Under the pieces are notes generated by a model that searched no databases, was not told the origin of the DNA, and worked only from the letters and a program-made list of their open reading frames with translations. Positions 9,585 to 18,998 of a stretch of DNA of 64,000 nucleotides are shown here, piece after piece. Source of the stretch: an uncultured Acidobacteriota bacterium (GTDB lineage Bacteria; Acidobacteriota; Thermoanaerobaculia; Multivoradales; SZUA-115); the NCBI GenBank assembly GCA_963805975.1, contig CAWDVR010000001.1, positions 672,001 to 736,000 on the forward strand, written 5' to 3'. Within the stretch, counting starts at the first letter, position 1. Each line of letters begins with the position of its first letter. The position numbers and the translations under genes are program-made.

Positions 9585-11291
9585 GTGACGAGTCGAGACC
9601 TCGCCCGGCTCCTGGCCGCTCTGTCGGTGTTCGTCTGCATCGAGCCGCCGCCGGTGAAGTGCGCCGAAGCGATGCCGCTCCGCTTCACGCCGGTGCCGGA
9701 GTCCGCAGGGATCGACCTGGTGATGACCAGCGGAGGCATGCCGAGCCGGGAGATCCTGGAGGTCAACGGCGGCGGCATCGCGCTGTTCGACTATGACAAC
9801 GACGGCGACCTCGACGTCTTCCTGGCCAATGGCGCGACGCTCGGCGACCCGGAGCGCGGCCCCGGTTCGCGTCTCTATGCCAACCGCGGGGACGGGACCT
9901 TCGAGGATGTGACGAATCGCGTGGGCCTCCGGCTCCGTCGCTGGGCCATGGGTGCGGCGGTGGGCGACTACGACGGCGACGGCTGGGACGACCTCTACGT
10001 CACCTGCTACGGCCCGGACGTGCTGCTGCGCAACGAGGCCGAAGGCGGGGGTGGGCGGCGATTCCGTGACGTGTCGCGCGAGGTGGGCGTGGCGGACGAG
10101 GCGTGGTCCACCAGCGCCGCCTTCGCCGACCTGGACCTGGACGGCGACCTCGACCTGTACGTGGTCAACTACCTCGAGCTCGATCCGGCGCACCCGCCCA
10201 GCCGCGCGGGCAAGGAGTTCAAGGGCGTGCCGGTGATGGCCGGGCCGCGCGGGCTCGAGGCTCAGGCAGACGTGCTCTACGAGAACCTCGGCAACGGCAG
10301 GTTCCGGGACGTGACCCGCGCGGCCGGGTGCCGCGTGGACACGGGTTTGGACTACGGGCTCAGCGTGCGGATCTTCGACTTCGACCGCGACGGCAGGCCC
10401 GACATCTTCGTCGGCAACGACTCGACGGCGAACCAGCTCTTCCGCAACCGCGGCGGGCTCTCGTTCGAGGAGGTCGCGGTGGTCGCGGGGATCGCCGCGA
10501 ACGGCATGGGGGTCACGCAGGCCACCATGGGCGTCGGGCAGGTGGATGCGGACGGCAACGGGGCCCTGGACCTCTTCCTCACCGTGTTCTCGGACGACAC
10601 CAACACCCTCCAGCTCAATCTCGGCAACGGCCTGTTCGACGACCGCTCGGCCCAGTACGGGCTGGCGGCGGTCAGCCGGCCGTACCTGGGGTGGGGTTGC
10701 GGGTTCTACGACTTCGATCTCGATGGCGACGAAGATCTCTTCATCGCCAACGGGCACGTGTACCCGGAGATGGACGGGCCCCAGATCGGCAGCTCCTGGG
10801 CCCAGAGACCGCTGCTCTTCGAGCGCCGCGGTGCTCGCTTCGAGGCGGCGAGCTGCGCCGGAGGGTGGTGCGACGAGCGCTTCCACGGCCGCGCCACCGC
10901 CTTCGGCGATCTCGACGGCGATCGAGACGTCGACGTGCTGATGACCACCCTGAATGGCCCGGTGCTGGCGCTGCGGAACGACGTGCCTGCCGGGCGCTCC
11001 CTCGTCGTGCGGCTCGCGGGACCGCCGGGCGACCTCGCTGCGATCGGCAGCCTGGTGGAGGTCGAGACCCCCGCCGGGACCCAGCGGCGCTGGCTCACCG
11101 GCGGCGGCAGCTTTCAATCGGTCGATGCACCGGATGCCTACTTCGGCCTGGGCGAGGGAGCGAAGAGCGGGAGGGTCACTCTCCGCGTGCGCTGGCCGGA
11201 CGGCACGGTCCGCCGGTTCGAGGGCGTCGCCGTCGATCAGGTCGTGGTGGTCGGGAACCCGGCGCGACCCGCGAGCGACGCCGGGGACTGA
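9585..11291 (+). CDS. CRTAC1-like FG-GAP repeat protein with C-terminal ASPIC/UnbV domain
   Basis: Repeated DxDxDGxxD loops; C-terminal AIGSLV...GGGSFQS...YFGLG...VRWPDG. Confidence 0.88.
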   Translation: MTSRDLARLLAALSVFVCIEPPPVKCAEAMPLRFTPVPESAGIDLVMTSGGMPSREILEVNGGGIALFDYDNDGDLDVFLANGATLGDPERGPGSRLYANRGDGTFEDVTNRVGLRLRRWAMGAAVGDYDGDGWDDLYVTCYGPDVLLRNEAEGGGGRRFRDVSREVGVADEAWSTSAAFADLDLDGDLDLYVVNYLELDPAHPPSRAGKEFKGVPVMAGPRGLEAQADVLYENLGNGRFRDVTRAAGCRVDTGLDYGLSVRIFDFDRDGRPDIFVGNDSTANQLFRNRGGLSFEEVAVVAGIAANGMGVTQATMGVGQVDADGNGALDLFLTVFSDDTNTLQLNLGNGLFDDRSAQYGLAAVSRPYLGWGCGFYDFDLDGDEDLFIANGHVYPEMDGPQIGSSWAQRPLLFERRGARFEAASCAGGWCDERFHGRATAFGDLDGDRDVDVLMTTLNGPVLALRNDVPAGRSLVVRLAGPPGDLAAIGSLVEVETPAGTQRRWLTGGGSFQSVDAPDAYFGLGEGAKSGRVTLRVRWPDGTVRRFEGVAVDQVVVVGNPARPASDAGD

Positions 11292-11306
11292 GCGAGACGA
11301 GCGAAG

Positions 11307-13064
11307 CTACTGGATCGTCGCCGTCCAGGCAGCGGTGTTCCCCGACTCGAACCCGTCCGCGAACACGGCGCTCTCGACCACGGTGCCGAAGGTCTCGAAG
11401 CGGAACACTTTGCTGACCGCGGCCGGCGAGCCGCCGCCGGTGTCGAAGACGTACCAGCGGCCGAACCACTCGCTCCCGGCGAGCTCCGGGTCGTCGTCGA
11501 TCGCCACAGTGACCGAGCCGAAGCCGGCCCCGGCGCCCGTGCCCTGGAGCACGACGTCCTCGAACGCGAAGCTGCCGCTCGCGGGCACGGCGAGCCCGGG
11601 GTCCTGGTCGTCGATCACCAGCCGCGCGCTGGCGCCTCCCAGGGCATTCCACACTCCCACCGTGAACCTCGGGTTGCCGATCAAAGGCGGCTCGAGGGCC
11701 ACGACCACGGGGACCAGGGCGCCGGTGCCCGGGAGCCCTGCGCCCTCGATCTTGGGCACGCGCGACGACTCGGTGTAGAGCGTCGGCCGGTCGAACGGCG
11801 GCCGCTCCGGGGCGAGCCGCGGGTCGGTGAGCGGCCGGCCGAGGAACGCCAGGAGGTCGCTCTTCTGCTGCGCCGTGAGGTTCAGCACCGCGAGCTCGGG
11901 GGTGGGGAAGTGCCCGCCCTGGTCGTAGAAGTCGACCACTTCGGTAAGGGTCGCGAAGCGCCCGTTATGCATGAAGGGCGGGCGCAGCTCGAGATTGCGC
12001 AGGCTGGGGGTACGGGTCTTCCCCTCGTCGGCAGAATTGCCGGTCACTTCCATGCGTGCCTGGTCGTCGCTCTTGGGCCTCACTCCCGTGTAGTGGAACT
12101 GGTGATCGCTCAGGATCGCCGCCTGGTGGCAGTTGTCGCACTGCCCGACGCCGGCGAACACCGAGCGCCCCGCGAGCTCCGGCGCAGTGAGGCCCTGGCC
12201 GGTGGCGAGAAAGGTGTCGAAGGGCGTCTGGTTGGTGAACTGCGTGCGCTCGTAGCTGGCGAGGGCCATGGCGATCCGCGCGGGGGTGATCTCCGCCGTG
12301 CCGAACGCCTCCTGGAACAGCGCGGCATAGCCGCGTCCGGCGATCCAGGCACGCAGCGGGGTCGGGACCTCCGGCGACAGCGCGAGCGGGACGGATTCGT
12401 CGATGCGGTCCACGACCTCCTGCCAGACCCGCCCGACGTGCGCCATCTCGTCGGCGGCGAGCGGCGGCCCCACGGCCTGGCTCTCGAGCGCGCCGCGGTT
12501 CGGCAGGATCACCGCCAGCGTCAGGGGATCGACGAACTGGGCCGGCGCCCGGCCGTCCCAGAACAGCTCGGGGGAATAGCCGGCGTTGATCGAAGAGGTG
12601 GTCCGCCGGCGCGTCACCTGCTCGATCAGGCCGAAGTGAGTGCTCCATTCGTAGAGGCCGTCGGCCTGGCTGCGCGGAACTCCGGGAGAGCCGAACACGT
12701 CATCGGCCCCTCCGAAGAGGCCATCCGGGCCCGGGTGCGCGGCGAGCGGGCTGAGCCCGGAGCGCGGGTCTCCGCCGCCGGCGGCCGGGATGTGGCAGGT
12801 CCCGCAAGCCACGGTGCGGGTGGAGGAGATCTGCTCGTCCCAGAAGAGCACTTTGCCGAGGTTCGCCTTGGCGACTGTCAGCGAGTTCCCTGCCGGCTGT
12901 GGTGGAGCCAGGAGCTGGGCTTGTACGGCTACGCAGAAGAGGAGGAGGGCCGTGGCCAGAGTCGGCGGGCCGAGGCGCCCGACCCGGCCGGCGAGCGCGC
13001 TCGTGCAGGGAGTTGCCGTGCGGTTGGGAGGCGCCTCCAGGGGTGTTCTCATCGAATCATTCAT
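11307..13064 (-). CDS. Di-heme cytochrome c peroxidase (bCcP/MauG superfamily) with C-terminal extension
   Basis: LGKVLFWD, CGTCH, LFWDGRA, CDNCH, TPSLRN, PFMHNG; ends in FADGFESGNTAAW. Confidence 0.88.
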   Translation of the reverse strand: MNDSMRTPLEAPPNRTATPCTSALAGRVGRLGPPTLATALLLFCVAVQAQLLAPPQPAGNSLTVAKANLGKVLFWDEQISSTRTVACGTCHIPAAGGGDPRSGLSPLAAHPGPDGLFGGADDVFGSPGVPRSQADGLYEWSTHFGLIEQVTRRRTTSSINAGYSPELFWDGRAPAQFVDPLTLAVILPNRGALESQAVGPPLAADEMAHVGRVWQEVVDRIDESVPLALSPEVPTPLRAWIAGRGYAALFQEAFGTAEITPARIAMALASYERTQFTNQTPFDTFLATGQGLTAPELAGRSVFAGVGQCDNCHQAAILSDHQFHYTGVRPKSDDQARMEVTGNSADEGKTRTPSLRNLELRPPFMHNGRFATLTEVVDFYDQGGHFPTPELAVLNLTAQQKSDLLAFLGRPLTDPRLAPERPPFDRPTLYTESSRVPKIEGAGLPGTGALVPVVVALEPPLIGNPRFTVGVWNALGGASARLVIDDQDPGLAVPASGSFAFEDVVLQGTGAGAGFGSVTVAIDDDPELAGSEWFGRWYVFDTGGGSPAAVSKVFRFETFGTVVESAVFADGFESGNTAAWTATIQ

Positions 13065-13190
13065 TCCTTCGCTTCCCTTTGATTCTTGACGCGCTGCTGC
13101 TCCGGCGCGGCGCGTTTCCGCACTCTGCGGTGCTCTCGATCAAGCTGCCGGTGAACTATAGTACGACCTACGCCAGTAGGAGATGACACC

Positions 13191-14597
13191 GTGACCTCAC
13201 GCCGGACCAGTCTTACGAACTCCAGTCTCGCCACCGTTTTTCCGCTCGCCTGCGCCTTCCTGGTGGGGGGCTCGCTGCTCGTGTCGCGGGTGGCCGTCGC
13301 CGGCGACTGGCTGATCTACGTCGACGAGACGAGCAGCCGCATCGCGGCCGATCCCAGCGTCGGTATCAACGACGTGCAGGAGAAGGACTTCGTCACCGGG
13401 GACGTGGACAAGGATGGCGACACCGATCTGATCGTCGTGCGCAAGACGCCCTTCACCAACCCCGGCGGTTTCCGCAACGTGCTGTTCCTCAACGAGAAGG
13501 GGGTGATGACGGACCGCACCTCCACTCTCGCTCCGGATTTTCTCGATCCGACCGACGACCGCGACGTGAAGCTGACCGACGTCGACGGGGACACCTGGCT
13601 CGACATCGTCACCGCCGGCACCTTTGGCGAGCAGCCGCGGGTGCTGATGAACCTGGGCACCAGCGCCGGGGCGTGGCAGGGCTTCGACTACCAGCCGGCG
13701 CGGTTGCCGGTCCTCATCTCTCCGCTGGGCAACGGGCCGAAGTTCTGCGGCCTGGGCGTCGGCGACGTCACCGGCGACGGGCGCCCCGAGCTCTACTTCT
13801 CCGACTACGAGAACGACATGGAGGACCGCCTGCTGGTCAACAACGGCGCCGGGTTCTTCACCGATCAGACCACCAGCCGCATGACGCCGACGATGGTGAG
13901 CTCGGTCTTCGGCACCGATGCAGACATCGTGGACATGAACGGCGACGGCTTCAACGACATCATCAAGGACAACGCCACCGGCAGCGGCGGCTCCGCGGGC
14001 GGCGGCGCGCCGGCGGTCTCGATCCTCTACAACAACGGCACCGGCAACTTCACGGTCATGGACACGATCTACGACGACGCGCCCTACATGGTGGCGCCGG
14101 CAGACTTCACCCAGGACGGCAGGCTCGACCTCTTCATCGTGGACGACGGCCAGGACGTCTATCTCATCAACACCGGCAACAACGGTCAGGGTCGCGCGCA
14201 GTTCACCACCCACATGTCGAACCCGAGCCCGAACACCAACTTCTTCGGTGGCAACGTCCAGTTCGCCGACCTCGACAACGACGGCGTGCTCGACGTGCTG
14301 ATCTCCGATGTGGACACCGATGCCCCCGGCTGCGACCGCCAGCTCGTCGTGCTGAAGGGGCAGGGTGTGCCCCCGGCCATCACCTACTCCGACCCCCTGC
14401 TGGGCGACAGCCGCCCCTGGACGCCGCTGGGAACCTTCGACGTCGCGCCCATGCACATCAACGACGACGGCATGCTCGATCTCTGGATCGGCACCTGCGA
14501 CGGCACCCTGGTCTTCATGGGCGTGGACCCCGCCTTCGTCTTCGCGGACGGCTTCGAGGCTGGCAACACCTCGGCGTGGTCTCTGACCGTGCCCTGA
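13191..14597 (+). CDS. Secreted FG-GAP/VCBS repeat (Ca-binding beta-propeller) protein
   Basis: About seven DxDxDG loops; signal peptide; ends in FADGFEAGNTSAWS. Confidence 0.82.
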   Translation: MTSRRTSLTNSSLATVFPLACAFLVGGSLLVSRVAVAGDWLIYVDETSSRIAADPSVGINDVQEKDFVTGDVDKDGDTDLIVVRKTPFTNPGGFRNVLFLNEKGVMTDRTSTLAPDFLDPTDDRDVKLTDVDGDTWLDIVTAGTFGEQPRVLMNLGTSAGAWQGFDYQPARLPVLISPLGNGPKFCGLGVGDVTGDGRPELYFSDYENDMEDRLLVNNGAGFFTDQTTSRMTPTMVSSVFGTDADIVDMNGDGFNDIIKDNATGSGGSAGGGAPAVSILYNNGTGNFTVMDTIYDDAPYMVAPADFTQDGRLDLFIVDDGQDVYLINTGNNGQGRAQFTTHMSNPSPNTNFFGGNVQFADLDNDGVLDVLISDVDTDAPGCDRQLVVLKGQGVPPAITYSDPLLGDSRPWTPLGTFDVAPMHINDDGMLDLWIGTCDGTLVFMGVDPAFVFADGFEAGNTSAWSLTVP

Positions 14598-14939
14598 GGG
14601 CGAGGCCGGAGGCCCGGGACCACCGTCGCAGGTGATCGAGGAAACCTGGGCGTGGAGTGCAGTTTCGAGGCCGGCCGCCACTTCGCGAACGCATCGAGAC
14701 CGAGGCCGAGAGCGGCAGCTCGAGCGCCGACGAGGTGAGCGGCCTCGCCACCGGCGTGGCCCTTAAGAGGAAGGCCCTACTGAGCCGCACCGTGACCCCT
14801 GCGGGTGAGTTCTAGGTTCCTGCAGGCAGGCAGCCGCGCTCATAGATCTCACGATCGACCTCTTGGGAAAGGCGCAGTTCCGGCCCGAGCCACCTGCCGA
14901 GTCCCTTTGTTTTGAGCAGGTTGCGCATATCACATGGAA

Positions 14940-14955
14940 TGGCCTGAGGCTTGCT
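14940..14955 (+). promoter_or_regulatory. Candidate sigma-54 (-24/-12) promoter overlapping an 8-bp inverted repeat
   Basis: TGGC-ctgaggc-TTGCT has the GG-N10-GC spacing; GGCCTGAG/CTCAGGCC inverted repeat at 14941-14961. Confidence 0.45.
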
Positions 14956-15175
14956 CAGGCCCGTGGCGAACGGTCGAAGACCATGACCACCGTCACGACG
15001 CGAAGGGAGCGTGGCACTCTTACATGCAGACCCTTGGTGAGTCGGGTGCTAGAGGGGCGCGTGCGGGTTGACCCTGCGGGGTCGGTCGATCACAATGACT
15101 GTCAACGCGGTTGGGGACGCGGGTGTGAGCCTCGGTCGCCCTCCAGCCACAACGATGTTTGCAGAGGTGCTCGCC

Positions 15176-15769
15176 ATGCAGAGTCTCGCTGCCCCCGCGA
15201 TTTCGGCGCCCGTCCAGGGCGGGTTGGTGCGCCGGCTCAACACCGAGTGGCACAAGCCGGCCCTGATCACGTTCGGGATCATCGTTCTCGCCCACTGGGC
15301 GGAGCACCTGGCCCAGGCGTTCCAGATCTACGCCCTCGGCTGGCCGGTGCCGGAGTCGCGCGGCGTGCTCGGCCTGTGGTTCCCCTGGCTGGTCAAGTCG
15401 GAGCTGCTGCACTACAGCTACGCGCTGGTGATGCTGGCCGGCCTGTGGGTGTTCCGCAGCGGGTTCAAGGGCCGCGGCTACGTCTGGTGGATGATCGCGT
15501 TCTGGATCCAGTTCTGGCACCACATCGAGCACGCGCTGTTGCAGGGCCAGGCCCTGGTCGGCAAGAACCTCTTCGACTCCCCGGTACCGACCAGCATCGT
15601 GCAGCTCTGGGTGCCGCGGGTCGAGCTGCATCTCTTCTACAACGCGATCGTGTTCATACCGATGGTGGTGGCGATGTACTACCACATGTTTCCGTCGCCT
15701 CAGGACGAGGCCCAGCACCAGTGCTCCTGCTCGCTGCACGGCCACAGTCACGCTCGTAGCCACTCCTGA
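15176..15769 (+). CDS. Hypothetical integral membrane protein with duplicated His/Glu motifs and His-rich tail
   Basis: GAGGTG RBS before ATG 15176 (ORF extends to 15068); HWAEH..ELLH and HHIEH..ELH; about four TM segments. Confidence 0.75.
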   Translation: MQSLAAPAISAPVQGGLVRRLNTEWHKPALITFGIIVLAHWAEHLAQAFQIYALGWPVPESRGVLGLWFPWLVKSELLHYSYALVMLAGLWVFRSGFKGRGYVWWMIAFWIQFWHHIEHALLQGQALVGKNLFDSPVPTSIVQLWVPRVELHLFYNAIVFIPMVVAMYYHMFPSPQDEAQHQCSCSLHGHSHARSHS

Positions 15770-15792
15770 GGCAGGCGCCGCCGGTCGCACGC

Positions 15793-16173
15793 GTGCTCCG
15801 TCGCCTCGTCGCCGTTCTCCTGTTGGCGCTGGCAGTAGGCTGCTCGCGCCCCGGCGCCGAGGATGACGGCGTGCGTATGGAGATGAGCGTTACGCCGCAG
15901 CCGCCGGTCACAGGCCTGGCCCGGCTCGAGATCCGCATTCGTGATGCGCAGGGCCGGGCGCTGGCGGCGACCGCCGTCGGGCTGGAAGCCAACATGACGC
16001 ACCCGGGCATGAAGCCCAGCTTCGCCACCGCCCGGCGTGAGCGGCCGGACCGCTGGCTGGCCGAGGTCGAGCTGACGATGGCCGGCGACTGGGTCGTGCT
16101 GGTCGACGCCCGGCTCGAGGATGGCCGCACGGTCCGCCGCTCCCTTCCGCTGCCGGGCGTGGAGCCGCGGTGA
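15793..16173 (+). CDS. YtkA/FixH-like lipoprotein
   Basis: Lipobox LAVGC; ANMTHPGM and MAGDW motifs. Confidence 0.75.
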   Translation: MLRRLVAVLLLALAVGCSRPGAEDDGVRMEMSVTPQPPVTGLARLEIRIRDAQGRALAATAVGLEANMTHPGMKPSFATARRERPDRWLAEVELTMAGDWVVLVDARLEDGRTVRRSLPLPGVEPR

Positions 16174-17651
16174 GCGCGGCCCCGGCTCGGGATGAAGCCC
16201 AGGCGCCGGCATTCGATCTGCTGCGCCTGCCGGTGGTCGGTACGCTCCTACGCCGGCCGGCGACGCGGACCGCGGCTCGGTTGTTCCTCCTGGCCTTGGC
16301 CCTCCTCATGGTCCTGCAGGGTTGGTTCGGCTCGCAACTGGGGCCCAAGAACCTGTCGACACTATTGACCTGGGTGCACTACCGGGGGCTGCTGGTCCTG
16401 GCACTGCTGATTGCCGGCAACGTGTTCTGCTACTCCTGTCCCATGGTTCTGTTCCGCGACCTGCTGCGCCGTTTTTTTCACCCGGCGCTGGCCTGGCCAC
16501 GGCGGCTGCGCAACAAGTGGACGGCGGTCGCGCTCTTCGCCGGCGTGCTCTACCTGTACGAGCTGTTCGACCTGTGGGGCGACCCGTGGCTCACGGCGTG
16601 GCTGATCGCCGGCTACTTCGTGGTGGCATCGGTGGTCGACGTGCTGTTCCGCGGCGCGTCGTTCTGCAAGTACCTGTGCCCGGTCGGCCAGTTCAACTTC
16701 CTGTCCTCGACCGTCTCGCCGCTCGAGGTCACGGTCCGCGATCGCGACGTGTGCGCCGGCTGCAAGGGCAAGGAGTGCATCGCCGGCGCCGCGGCGACGC
16801 TCGCACGCCCCGCCCAACGGGGCTGCGAGCTGGCCCTGTTCCAGCCCCGCAAGGTGGGCAACCTCGACTGCACGTTCTGCCTCGACTGCGTCTATGCCTG
16901 CCCCTACGAGAACGTCGGGATCTTCACCCGCGTCCCCGGCGCCGAGCTGGCAGAACCGGGCCCGCGCTCGGGTGTGGGGCGGCCGGCGGAGCGGCCCGAC
17001 CTCGCGTTCCTCGCCACGCTCTTCGCCTTCGGTGCGCTGCTCAACGTCTTCGGCATGGTCAGCCCGGTGCACGCGGTGGAGCAGTGGCTGTTCGCCCTGC
17101 TCGGCGTCCGCCACGAGGCGCCGGTCCTCGGCCTGGTGTTCGGGACGGTGCTGGTGCTCGAGCCGCTGTTGTTGCTCGGTGCGGCGGCGTGGATCTTCCG
17201 CCAGCTCACCGGCAGTGGCGAGACGATGCTGCGCATCGCTATGCGGTACGCCTACTCGCTGGTGCCGCTCGGCTTCGGCGTCTGGCTGTCCCACTACCTC
17301 TTCCACCTGGCGACCGGAGCCCTCACCTTCGTGCCGGTTGTGCAGTCGTTGCTCGAGAGAGCCGGGGTGGGGCTGCTCGGGCCGCCGGACTGGACCCTCG
17401 GCGGTCTGCCCGCGCCGTCGGTGCTGCCCTTCGAGCTCGGCTTCCTCGGTCTCGGCTTCGTGGTGACGCTGGCGGTGACCTGGCGGCTCGCCCTGGTCGA
17501 CGCGCCGAGCCGGGTGGGACGGGCGTTCCTGCCATGGGCGTGCCTGCACTCGCTGCTGCTGGCCACGGCCACATGGCTGCTCTTCCAGCCCATGGAGATG
17601 CGCGGGACATTCCTTTCTATGACGGGCCTCTCTATGACGGGCCTCTCTTGA
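16170..17651 (+). CDS. Membrane-bound 4Fe-4S protein (NapH/MauN/FesM-like polyferredoxin)
   Basis: FCYSCP, FCKYLCPVG, CAGCKGKEC, CTFCLDCVYACP clusters with many TM helices. Confidence 0.85.
   Translation: MSAAPARDEAQAPAFDLLRLPVVGTLLRRPATRTAARLFLLALALLMVLQGWFGSQLGPKNLSTLLTWVHYRGLLVLALLIAGNVFCYSCPMVLFRDLLRRFFHPALAWPRRLRNKWTAVALFAGVLYLYELFDLWGDPWLTAWLIAGYFVVASVVDVLFRGASFCKYLCPVGQFNFLSSTVSPLEVTVRDRDVCAGCKGKECIAGAAATLARPAQRGCELALFQPRKVGNLDCTFCLDCVYACPYENVGIFTRVPGAELAEPGPRSGVGRPAERPDLAFLATLFAFGALLNVFGMVSPVHAVEQWLFALLGVRHEAPVLGLVFGTVLVLEPLLLLGAAAWIFRQLTGSGETMLRIAMRYAYSLVPLGFGVWLSHYLFHLATGALTFVPVVQSLLERAGVGLLGPPDWTLGGLPAPSVLPFELGFLGLGFVVTLAVTWRLALVDAPSRVGRAFLPWACLHSLLLATATWLLFQPMEMRGTFLSMTGLSMTGLS
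17616..17645 (+). repeat. 15-bp tandem duplication (TCTATGACGGGCCTC x2)
   Basis: Read directly; produces the SMTGLSMTGLS C-terminus. Confidence 0.9.
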
Positions 17652-18175
17652 CGACGCGTCGTTCGCGCCTTCGCTCCCGGCTGGCGGTCCTCGCCTGGCT
17701 CTGCTTGGCTTGCCCCGCGGCGGCGCACGACGGCCCGCCCTACGCGATCATCGTCGATCGCGCGACCGGCCCCGTGCTGCTCTCGGTGTGGGCGGACCCC
17801 GACGTCGGCACCGGCACCTATCACGTCTACCTGGAGCCGCTCGCCGACGATCGCGCGCTTCCCGACGACTGCGCGGTTCAGGTTTTCGTGCGACCGGCCG
17901 GCGACCGCCTGCCCGAGCGCGGCTACCCGGCCGAGCCGCTGCGCATCGCCGAGGATCGCCATCACCACCTCGCCGAGGTGCAGTTCGACGCCGAGGGAGA
18001 GTGGCGGACGCGGATCGTCGTGCGCTGCGGGGAACTGGAAGGAGAAGCGGAGGCCCTGGTCGAGGTCACACCGCCGGGGCAGGGCCCGGTGCTCGACTTC
18101 GTCCTCTATCTGTTTCCCTTCGCGGCGGTGGCGGTGCTCATCGTCCGTGCGCTCATCGTGCGGCGGCGACGGTAG
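17648..18175 (+). CDS. Hypothetical exported protein with C-terminal membrane anchor
   Basis: TTG start overlapping upstream stop; signal ending AAA-HDGPP; RHHH; C-terminal TM plus RRRR. Confidence 0.7.
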   Translation: MTTRRSRLRSRLAVLAWLCLACPAAAHDGPPYAIIVDRATGPVLLSVWADPDVGTGTYHVYLEPLADDRALPDDCAVQVFVRPAGDRLPERGYPAEPLRIAEDRHHHLAEVQFDAEGEWRTRIVVRCGELEGEAEALVEVTPPGQGPVLDFVLYLFPFAAVAVLIVRALIVRRRR

Positions 18176-18998
18176 AGGCCGCCCGCGAGCGCAGCCACAT
18201 CTCGAGGAGCAGCGCCGCGGGCCCCACGAGGAAGAGCGCATAGAACGGCGCATAGATGACCTCGGCGAGACGCAGCAGCATCTCCACGAAAGCCACCACG
18301 ATCACCACCACGACTTGGCCCCAGCGCGGGCCGACCGTGGTCTTGGGATCGGTCACCATGAAGAAGATGAAGAGCTGGTACATCGGCCCGGTGATCGGCG
18401 ACAGGGTTGCGAGCCAGGGGTTGCCGGTGATGGCGCTGCGCAGCAGAGAGAACACCACGAAGGCGACGACATAGGCCGCGCTGATGTGCAGCCGGCCCAC
18501 CCGCCAGACGATGAAGAACCCCAGCACCCAGATCACCGCCATCGGCCAGATGTTGTTGCCCCACTGGATGCTGAGCAGCGACACCGTCTCCGGCGCCAGG
18601 AACAGCACCGCAGAGACGCCGAAGTTGGACGGGTTCCACAGGTGCCGGCCCTCGAACCGCAGGACGTACTTGGAGACGATCGAGATCAGGCTGGCGAGCG
18701 CATAGGCCCAGAGGAACGGCGAGCGGATCAGGATCCCCACGCTGATGCCGGTGATATACGCGCTTGCCGGGTGGGGCCAGCGGCCATACGAGATCCGGCC
18801 CAGGAGCATCTCCGCACCGATCGCGACCAGGATCGCCACGGCGGTCCGCTCGAACGACTCGAGAATGCCGAACGTGAAGTGCGCCGTGATCAGGATGCAG
18901 GTGATTAGGATCGGCGGCAGGAACCGATTGTCGAGCGCGAACCTCGAGGGTCGCCGGGGCATGGCCTCTCCCGGCGCGACGGTGATCTCAGTGCTCAT
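18153..18998 (-). CDS. RnfD/NqrB-like (UnbU-like) membrane protein
   Basis: SAYITG, SKYVLR..HLWNPSNFG, FFMVTDPKT motifs; ATG 18998 overlaps upstream stop. Confidence 0.8.
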   Translation of the reverse strand: MSTEITVAPGEAMPRRPSRFALDNRFLPPILITCILITAHFTFGILESFERTAVAILVAIGAEMLLGRISYGRWPHPASAYITGISVGILIRSPFLWAYALASLISIVSKYVLRFEGRHLWNPSNFGVSAVLFLAPETVSLLSIQWGNNIWPMAVIWVLGFFIVWRVGRLHISAAYVVAFVVFSLLRSAITGNPWLATLSPITGPMYQLFIFFMVTDPKTTVGPRWGQVVVVIVVAFVEMLLRLAEVIYAPFYALFLVGPAALLLEMWLRSRAASTVAAAR

